64,000 bases of DNA, taken from the IMG/VR virus record IMGVR_UViG_3300027586_000004, positions 1 to 64,000 of that record. One strand, given 5' to 3'. Below the pieces are notes generated by a model. It had not been told where the DNA came from, did not search any database, and was given only the letters and a program-made list of their open reading frames with translations. The position numbers and the translations under genes were made by a program. This stretch comes from a virus. Shown in pieces: positions 47,867-54,795 of this stretch; the first letter of the stretch is position 1, and the number at the start of each line of letters is the position of its first letter.

Positions 47867-48047
47867 ATAGTAATCCTTTACTTTTGTCTATATTCTGTCA
47901 ATATTTACGATCAAAAATTTTTATTTTATGTTGTTTTGGATAAATTGTCAAATCAAGTCAAGTCAACATGCCGACAATTGAAAGGTATCTGTAGGTCTGG
48001 ACGAGCTTTATGGCTTGGGCATATATACAATTCCCGGAGGTAGAGAT
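47867..48047 (+). repeat. ~180-bp direct repeat B, copy 2
   Basis: Similar to 41226-41401. Confidence 0.93.
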
Positions 48048-48058
48048 ATATAGCCTTT

Positions 48059-48853
48059 ATGGATACCTTCATACAGTGGCTAGAGAACAGCGGCGACATA
48101 TTCGGCTTCGAAGGAAAAAGGCACGAGAAGCCCAGTGAGGTCAATGAAGACCCGATAATCCCCGTGGATGCAGGGGTCATCATAGAGACCATGCTCGGCA
48201 CCGACATTGGGGGTCGCAAGGCGTTCTCCGACTACCCCGCCCAGATACAGTGGGGAAGGGAGCCGGGCGCGATGCAGATGGTCATAACCCCGCTGGGATC
48301 CTTCAAAAGCATCGTCAGGAAACTCTTGACAAACCTCAAGGGTGAGAGCGTATGGGCCTGCAAGAAGATCATACCCTACAAGGATATCATGCGTTCCAAC
48401 GACAGATTTGACGAGGCTTTTGCCATGGATCTGTTCGAGCAGATTGAAGAGATAAGCAAGGGCGAGATGGAGGCTCCAGTCTTGGACTATGACGGACTTG
48501 AGTCATTGACGCTCAAGGTGGCCAACAGGTGCGTCAGGAATGATGTCCTGCCCGAGATATTCGTGTTCAGGGGCGTCCGCGCAATAAAGAAGAACGAGAA
48601 CTACGTAATCTTCTTCGAGCCGAGGGGTCATGGGGTGGAGGCTCCGGGATCGGCAAGACTAGAACAGTTCATGATAGACATGAGCTACGACGGAAAGACG
48701 GGAATGGTCAGGAGCTTCGGTCACGACGTGCAGTCTCCCACGAAGGGCCACGTCTGGTATCCGCAGCCGTCCGAGTGGGACGAGTACTTCTCTCCGACCC
48801 AGGAAAAGAACGAGATAACCGACGCCATATCATCGGCGTTCAGGACATACTGA
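48059..48853 (+). CDS. Hypothetical protein with capsid-targeting-like N-terminus
   Basis: MDTFIQWLEN; TATATA 6 nt upstream. Confidence 0.75.
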   Translation: MDTFIQWLENSGDIFGFEGKRHEKPSEVNEDPIIPVDAGVIIETMLGTDIGGRKAFSDYPAQIQWGREPGAMQMVITPLGSFKSIVRKLLTNLKGESVWACKKIIPYKDIMRSNDRFDEAFAMDLFEQIEEISKGEMEAPVLDYDGLESLTLKVANRCVRNDVLPEIFVFRGVRAIKKNENYVIFFEPRGHGVEAPGSARLEQFMIDMSYDGKTGMVRSFGHDVQSPTKGHVWYPQPSEWDEYFSPTQEKNEITDAISSAFRTY

Positions 48854-48854
48854 C

Positions 48855-49052
48855 ATGACTTTCAAGCAGTACCTCAATGAGATCGCGGGAACTTTCGCAA
48901 TGGTGTCGTGCAAGGACATGGAAAACCCCAATTTTCAGGTCTGGGGGGCGATGTCTGATCTCAAATGCCGGAAAGGCAGGAGCTCAATTCCTAAAATGAA
49001 ACTCAACGGAGACAAGGAGAATTCCAATGGCAAAGCCCACAAAAAGCAATGA
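48855..49052 (+). CDS. Small hypothetical protein
   Basis: Starts MTFKQYLNE. Confidence 0.6.
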   Translation: MTFKQYLNEIAGTFAMVSCKDMENPNFQVWGAMSDLKCRKGRSSIPKMKLNGDKENSNGKAHKKQ

Positions 49053-49293
49053 TACCAACCTCAGGAAGGCAATAGTGGACATTGCCAAGGAGCTGGAGTC
49101 TGTGTTCAAGAAATACAGCAGGCAGACAAGAACCAAGGCGTGGGAGAGGCTGACCGGCAAGGAAGGCGAAAAAGAGGTCAGAAAGATACTCAATGACCCG
49201 ACTCGTCCCATAAACACTTTTCAGAAATTGGCCACAAAAAACGAAACTGTGACGAAATTTGGGGAGTGGATCAAAGAGCGAACCAACGGCTAG
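49027..49293 (+). CDS. Small basic hypothetical protein
   Basis: AAGGAG RBS; 88 aa. Confidence 0.65.
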   Translation: MAKPTKSNDTNLRKAIVDIAKELESVFKKYSRQTRTKAWERLTGKEGEKEVRKILNDPTRPINTFQKLATKNETVTKFGEWIKERTNG

Positions 49294-49358
49294 TCGATCG
49301 GGCCGGGACATTGCCCGCCCGGTTGGATAACTCTTCTGGGGTGACCCGTCTAGAATCA

Positions 49359-49901
49359 TTAACAAGCCTCGGCGTTTGGGCAAATAGCGGCAGGGCACGA
49401 TTCGCAACCGGGGCAATTACCAATCTCGCAGTCGGGAGCGCAGTCCGTTGGCGGGTTCGCGCAGTCACAATCATAAATTTGCACTCCAGAGGTTAGAAGG
49501 CCTCCGCACGCAACGGTAAGTGTTTGGCCTAATACGACACTTGGAGATACAGTTGTATTTGTCCACATAATGTCCACGGAAGCCCCAACACACACTGTAA
49601 GTGTGGAGCGGTATGTGTAGTCTGCTGTCCCGTTTGAAAAGACTGTTCCAGTCAGAAGTTCACGTCCAGTACCGAGTTCTGGCGCGCCTGGGACGTTCTC
49701 TGTTATGGTGAAGGGCAAGCCCGTGCCGTTTAAAAGTGGCGGACAGCCGACGCCGGCGTCTGAATTTCCAGAAGTCCATTGTCTTACTCTCAATCGCACA
49801 CGTATTTGACACTTTGGACAGTCAGTCGGCGGTGGCGGCTTGTCCAACAGAGAAAATAAAACATCCTTGTTCTTGGTATTTTTTATTTCTCCAAGTCGCA
49901 T
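49359..49901 (-). CDS. Cys-rich protein
   Basis: 180 aa; C-terminus DCDCANPPTDCAPDCEIGNCPGCESCPAAICPNAEAC. Confidence 0.7.
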   Translation of the reverse strand: MRLGEIKNTKNKDVLFSLLDKPPPPTDCPKCQIRVRLRVRQWTSGNSDAGVGCPPLLNGTGLPFTITENVPGAPELGTGRELLTGTVFSNGTADYTYRSTLTVCVGASVDIMWTNTTVSPSVVLGQTLTVACGGLLTSGVQIYDCDCANPPTDCAPDCEIGNCPGCESCPAAICPNAEAC

Positions 49902-49906
49902 TATTT

Positions 49907-51118
49907 CTAGTCTTCCACGATGAATCTGAATTCAAATATGTCGGTTATTTTGGATATTTCCCCCCTCTGCCCTTCGGGGATTTCTTCCGAGGAAATGATA
50001 TCAATCGTATTTAGGCCGCATCTGACTTGTTTTATGCATTTGGAATTAATTTTTACTATTCTGCATTTAAGGTCTTGCAGACATGTCCCTTTCATTGAAA
50101 ACGGCCTGTTTTCTAGGAATTCAAATTCTCTGTAGAGTCTGCCGCACTCGCACCTTTTGTAGGACTTTGATATTGAACACATGTCTCCATTCCAGTATCT
50201 GACAAAAGGAGAAGGAATTGAGAAATAGTCGGTGCTAATCAGTTTCCCGTCCGCCTCCTCGCACCAGGACAGATTGTCAAGAAGGTGGTAGTTTTTGTAC
50301 TTGCATGTGAAAAAAGTCGCTCCTCCATCCCAGCACCTCATGTGATCGCAGACATGATCTGCTCGGCCTTCCATGAGGTAGGCCGCATCCTCCTGAAGAA
50401 GTCTTTCATTGCTGTTGCTTAGCAGGCCGCATATTTTATCGCTTATGTTCATCTTTCTCATGTAGTGGCACATGGAGTTGGTTGCGGGTCCGGGGGCGAA
50501 AATGACATCAATTCTGTATTCTAGAAGATGGCTGATTAGATTGACGAAGAAATCACGGTGGTTGCCCTCAAAGGCCTTGAAGTTCACGTAATGGACTTCG
50601 GCCTTTCTTGATGTTCCATGGTGTTCCATGAAGTTGGCGGAGTCGTCCCGCACAGTGATTAATTTTTTAGGATCGTACTGATTGCTGTTGAAGAAATAGA
50701 GTATTTTTGGTCTTTTTGGCACATCAAATTCATCCATTATTAGATCGTAGTGGTTCGATCCCTCTATGAAATAAAGGAAAGGCTCCCATCTCATGTATCC
50801 AAAAGGAATTCCTGTGGTGCTTCCGCTGGTCGTCATTGGTTGCGCCTCGTCCGTCGCCGATTTGACATACCACAGGTTTTTGTCCAAAAGATCTGCCTTT
50901 GATACAAAGTTCCTTTTTTTTGAATAAACGGGACTCATTTTTTGAGCCCACGCCTCTATGTTTATCTTCAGTATCCCCGTGGTCTCTAGTACTAGTTCTT
51001 CTTCCTCAAAAAGCAGATCGCGACAGAATGGCTTGTACTCATGGAGCATCTCCCTGGAAGGAAGCGAAGCATTCCTCCATTTGTATATGAATTCTTTTAG
51101 AGCCTGTGTATTCCGCAT
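49907..51118 (-). CDS. PaaK/CapK-like adenylate-forming ligase
   Basis: TTSGSTTG P-loop, TD...PFVRY..GD and CECGR motifs. Confidence 0.75.
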   Translation of the reverse strand: MRNTQALKEFIYKWRNASLPSREMLHEYKPFCRDLLFEEEELVLETTGILKINIEAWAQKMSPVYSKKRNFVSKADLLDKNLWYVKSATDEAQPMTTSGSTTGIPFGYMRWEPFLYFIEGSNHYDLIMDEFDVPKRPKILYFFNSNQYDPKKLITVRDDSANFMEHHGTSRKAEVHYVNFKAFEGNHRDFFVNLISHLLEYRIDVIFAPGPATNSMCHYMRKMNISDKICGLLSNSNERLLQEDAAYLMEGRADHVCDHMRCWDGGATFFTCKYKNYHLLDNLSWCEEADGKLISTDYFSIPSPFVRYWNGDMCSISKSYKRCECGRLYREFEFLENRPFSMKGTCLQDLKCRIVKINSKCIKQVRCGLNTIDIISSEEIPEGQRGEISKITDIFEFRFIVED

Positions 51119-51795
51119 CCTTCACGCACATAGAAGTTAAGGGTGACTTTTCCGGTGTGTCTCCATGAGACATCCTTCCATCTGGATACTATGTCCCAGT
51201 CGTTGCATTTTGGAACGAACCTCCAGCCACCGTATCTATGTATGAGGTGCCTTTTGTGCATCATCTCGCTTGTGTCTATGTGGCCGGCGGCCGGCATGGC
51301 GATATGCACTCTTTCTCCTATCACCTTCATTTCGTGGTCGTATAGTCTTGTACCGGTGTATGCCATGTCAACATCGCCGTATTTCATTAGTGAATAGAGC
51401 GATTCAAGGTGATCCGGTTCGTACCAGTTGTCATCGTCGAGGTAGCTGATGAGATCGTTGTCTGTGTTGAGGATCGCGAAGTTTCTCGGACCCCATCCTG
51501 CAGCTCCGCAGTTGACGGGAAGGTTGAAAAAACGGAACCTCTTGTCTTTTATTGACATGCAGAAGTCCACGGCAGACCTGCAATTTTCGCATTCCCTGCA
51601 GGTGTTAAGATCGCAGGCGGTTCTGCATCCGTCTTTGACGATCATGCAGTCGAAATTGGAATGAGTCTGCTCCATCAGTGATGCTACGGATCTCTTCAAC
51701 CACTCTATTTTGGAGTGGTATGTGGGTAGACAAACCAAAACCCTATCGGACTTTCCATGTCCAGACATCTGCCTCCTTGCAGCGGCACCCGCCAT
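51097..51795 (-). CDS. GT2 glycosyltransferase
   Basis: LPTY, VKDG, PRN, YLDDDN and DW motifs; start may be 51768. Confidence 0.85.
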   Translation of the reverse strand: MAGAAARRQMSGHGKSDRVLVCLPTYHSKIEWLKRSVASLMEQTHSNFDCMIVKDGCRTACDLNTCRECENCRSAVDFCMSIKDKRFRFFNLPVNCGAAGWGPRNFAILNTDNDLISYLDDDNWYEPDHLESLYSLMKYGDVDMAYTGTRLYDHEMKVIGERVHIAMPAAGHIDTSEMMHKRHLIHRYGGWRFVPKCNDWDIVSRWKDVSWRHTGKVTLNFYVREGCGIHRL

Positions 51796-51896
51796 GGCGG
51801 ATTTACCTGCATTATTTACGCATGAAAGGCCTCATGATTTGGGTGTTTTGGAAAAAAATCTGTTCAAATGACTATTGCGGGCTATAGATATAAAAC

Positions 51897-52652
51897 ATGC
51901 CAATCGCTCTTGCCGGATTGATGTTTGTACTGATGACTTCGTTCTCTTATTCGGGAACAATCGACCCTTCAGTCCCCGATTCAAAGCATGTGGAGTATGG
52001 AAAGCAATTCGTCCATGTCGTAAAGATCAAGGGCGTGTGCAACTGCAGGAAGAGAGACAGCGAGCATGACTTCCGTGCGAGTGCAGTAATAATTTCTCCC
52101 CACTGGGCGATGACCGCCGCTCATGTTGTCAGTTCCGCTGATGACGTGGTGATTGTGAAGGGCGGAAAAGAGCACAAGATAAGCAAGGTCAAAATCCATA
52201 AGGATTTCGACAAGGACAAAGTTGGACACAACGACATAGCCCTGTGCCATTCCGAAGAGGATTTCGGAATGGCTTTCTATCCGGAGATGTATGTCCGCGA
52301 TGACGAGGCGGGAAAGATTGCGGCCATATGCGGATATGGAATCACCGGCACATTTTCCACGGGAGCAGTCAAGTCAGACGATCTAAAAAGGGCGGGTTCC
52401 AATGTGATTGAAAGAACAGAAAGGAACTGTCTCATATGCAAAAATCAAGGGGGCAGGAAAACCGAACTTGAATTCATGATCGCCAGTGGTGACAGCGGAG
52501 GCGGACTTTTCATAGACGGCAAGCTGGCGGGGATAAACTCGTTCGTCATGGCGGACGATGGAAAGCCAAACTCCGACTACGGCGACGAATGCGCCCACAC
52601 GAGGGTGAGCCTCTATGCAGATTGGATTAAAGAAGCAATGGGGGAGGATTGA
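51897..52652 (+). CDS. Secreted trypsin-like (S1) serine protease
   Basis: Signal-like N-terminus; TAAH, DIAL and GDSGG catalytic triad motifs. Confidence 0.9.
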   Translation: MPIALAGLMFVLMTSFSYSGTIDPSVPDSKHVEYGKQFVHVVKIKGVCNCRKRDSEHDFRASAVIISPHWAMTAAHVVSSADDVVIVKGGKEHKISKVKIHKDFDKDKVGHNDIALCHSEEDFGMAFYPEMYVRDDEAGKIAAICGYGITGTFSTGAVKSDDLKRAGSNVIERTERNCLICKNQGGRKTELEFMIASGDSGGGLFIDGKLAGINSFVMADDGKPNSDYGDECAHTRVSLYADWIKEAMGED

Positions 52653-53008
52653 ACAAGGTTTTCTTCAAGAAATGGATGCTTTCAAGGCCTAATGTAAAGT
52701 ATGTGGGCAAGGTCGCCGTGTTCTGCTTGCCTGCGGACAAGCTCAGCGAAGAAGTGAGATCAAAAATTCACGACTTTCTCGTATCCAACTACAGCGCATA
52801 CACGCACGAATCCAGTGATATAGAGGGGTATTGGGCAGGGAAAGGAAACCTTGTGAGGGATGCCCACGAAAGATACGAGGTCTCGTTCAACGGAGACGAA
52901 AACTTCAAGAGGTTTGTGGATTTCCTTTCGGAAATCTGCGCCATGATCCGGGAGGATTCTATATATCTGACAATCGCCGACGAGTCCTACCTCGTCATGG
53001 GTCAATAG
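52649..53008 (+). CDS. Hypothetical protein
   Basis: GGAGG RBS with TTGA overlap; 119 aa. Confidence 0.7.
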   Translation: MNKVFFKKWMLSRPNVKYVGKVAVFCLPADKLSEEVRSKIHDFLVSNYSAYTHESSDIEGYWAGKGNLVRDAHERYEVSFNGDENFKRFVDFLSEICAMIREDSIYLTIADESYLVMGQ

Positions 53009-53375
53009 TGATATACATTGTTTCAGGGGGATCCTTGAAAACGAGCCTCATGTACCCGCATACCCAAGCCTTTCTCCTTTGAGGCCCAGAAGTTATCTCG
53101 TACATCCAGCCATCCATGAACTTCTCAAGATAACTTGCGGAAGCGTCGCATTCCAACGAGGGTTCATGGGAGAATTGCAGCATGAAGTCTCCATCAATGC
53201 CCTTTCTTTTTGCGCCCTCTATAAGAAAGGAATCTACGCCGGTGACATTGGGCGGAAGAACCATGCGGACGAAATCGGGAGGCGAAAGATCGTATGTCCA
53301 ACCTCCGTAATCCAGAAAGAGTTTTCCTTTTCTCTTGATAACCTTGAATTTCAATGATTTTTCAGGAATATTCAT
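52995..53375 (-). CDS. Hypothetical protein
   Basis: ORF ending WVCGY...FKDPPETMYI. Confidence 0.65.
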   Translation of the reverse strand: MNIPEKSLKFKVIKRKGKLFLDYGGWTYDLSPPDFVRMVLPPNVTGVDSFLIEGAKRKGIDGDFMLQFSHEPSLECDASASYLEKFMDGWMYEITSGPQRRKAWVCGYMRLVFKDPPETMYITIDP

Positions 53376-54105
53376 GGACGAAAAGTTCCTTAAAAAGCAA
53401 CTCCACATACGGACTTATGGAAGAGCGGTAGTAGACCTTGTCAAAATCCAAGGAATCTAGGTCTCCAAAAATGCGAGACATCCAGGGAGAAAGCACGGCG
53501 TAGAAAGGAGAAACCTCTCCGGTTCCTATCCATGTTTTCATCTTATCCATGTTCAGTTCCATGGGTTTAAATTCTAAAAGGCTCCTTTTTTCAAAAAATT
53601 CATATGTCGCCTTTATTTCGGAAATTATCTTGGATGATTTCGTTGAAATGTCAGATTCCTTCGAAGTCAAAACCCGCTCAAGTTTTCTTCTGTACCTGTA
53701 CCGCCAGAGTTTCCATCTCTTCCATGCCTTCTCACCCACAAGGCAGTGGGGTTCTATGAGGGCGTGAACCTCTCCCTCCTTGATTGCCTTCAAAATCTGA
53801 AGTTGAGCACGGATGTATAGGCATATCTCATTGTCTTGCAAGATTCCTTTCATTTCTTTTGCAAGTTTATAGCAGTACTTAAAAAGCGTGGACTTTCTGG
53901 GGTCTGTATTGGCCTTGAGCTTGACAAACTGCTCTTTTGGCAGTTCCCTTCTGCACTCATCCTGCCATATGAGGGCTATCTTGTAGGCCTTGGCCTCCAA
54001 GTCCGTCATCTTGTACTTAATTATAAGCTCAAGTTCCTTCATTTTTTCTCTATTGCAGAAGTTTTCAAGTCTAGTTATGATTCCAGCATGCGAAAGATCA
54101 TCCAC
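53362..54105 (-). CDS. Hypothetical basic helical protein (start may be 54042)
   Basis: 247-aa ORF divergent from the structured intergenic element. Confidence 0.75.
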   Translation of the reverse strand: MDDLSHAGIITRLENFCNREKMKELELIIKYKMTDLEAKAYKIALIWQDECRRELPKEQFVKLKANTDPRKSTLFKYCYKLAKEMKGILQDNEICLYIRAQLQILKAIKEGEVHALIEPHCLVGEKAWKRWKLWRYRYRRKLERVLTSKESDISTKSSKIISEIKATYEFFEKRSLLEFKPMELNMDKMKTWIGTGEVSPFYAVLSPWMSRIFGDLDSLDFDKVYYRSSISPYVELLFKELFVHEYS

Positions 54106-54133
54106 TAACTATCATAACCTAATAACCTGAAAC

Positions 54134-54540
54134 TTTCAACGTTTTCGTGGGATGAAATTTCGCAAGAGTAAATGTTTGGCATTCCCGTATTTCGGTACGG
54201 GCGGCCGGGTTAAAAACTCCCCGGCAGTTCGAAGCCTTGCGCTGAGACGCGTGTATGACTGAGGGGCTGAATCGTTTGGATGAAAGACTTTTATTGTAGT
54301 GAGAGCTGCATTTTTCCGTGTAACCCGATACTAGTTGATGTATCACGGGGCCTGGGTCACGGTCCGCAATGGAGACAGATCAAAAAGTCAGTTTAGTCCG
54401 GATAGAGGAACGGTAAAGGTATAGCCAGACAGCGGTATTGTTGAACTCAAAAAGAAGGCAAGGATATAAGAACTAGGCAATTGGATCACTCTAATTAACT
54501 AGTTCTTATATAAGGGTCTCCTGAGGGAAGGCCCCCTTTC
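54134..54540 (+). ncRNA. Putative large structured non-coding RNA or origin element
   Basis: No credible CDS; many nested helices with UUCG and GAGA tetraloops; G-U pairs work on the + strand; 13-bp perfect inverted repeat. Confidence 0.6.
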
Positions 54541-54566
54541 TAGACACACTAAATAAAGGAATATAA

Positions 54567-54776
54567 ATGAACGATAAAAGCAGAAGACTTGAGGATTTGA
54601 CTGGAAAGAGACTTAAGCCAAGGAAGGAGAACAACAGGAGGCTTCGCAGGAACATCAGAAGGATCGCAGAAAGAAAGGGAATAACCTACAAGGAGGCCAT
54701 ACTCAAGTTCTACAAGGTTCACAGCTATAAGGAACTAGATAAGAATCTTATTTATTCGCTTAACAAAGGCAAGTAA
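54567..54776 (+). CDS. Small Arg/Lys-rich protein
   Basis: AAGGA RBS; RKENNRRLRRNIRRIAERK. Confidence 0.65.
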   Translation: MNDKSRRLEDLTGKRLKPRKENNRRLRRNIRRIAERKGITYKEAILKFYKVHSYKELDKNLIYSLNKGK

Positions 54777-54788
54777 ATCTGTTAGAAT
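54760..54788 (+). promoter_or_regulatory. Sigma70-like promoter with extended -10, leaderless for the polymerase gene
   Basis: TTAACA-N17-TAGAAT with TG upstream, 7 nt before ATG 54796. Confidence 0.5.
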
Positions 54789-54795
54789 CTATTAG

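Noticed and set aside
54263-54300. GGGGCTGA resembles a tmRNA 5' end
   Set aside because: No GGATTCGAC continuation, no T-arm/CCA 3' end and no tag-like ORF.
54150-54430. Group I intron or RNase P interpretation (AAGGTATAGCC, TAGTCC, GAGGAA motifs)
   Set aside because: No interrupted gene on either side, and the conserved P/Q/R/S or GAGGAAAGUCC elements are not present in the right order.
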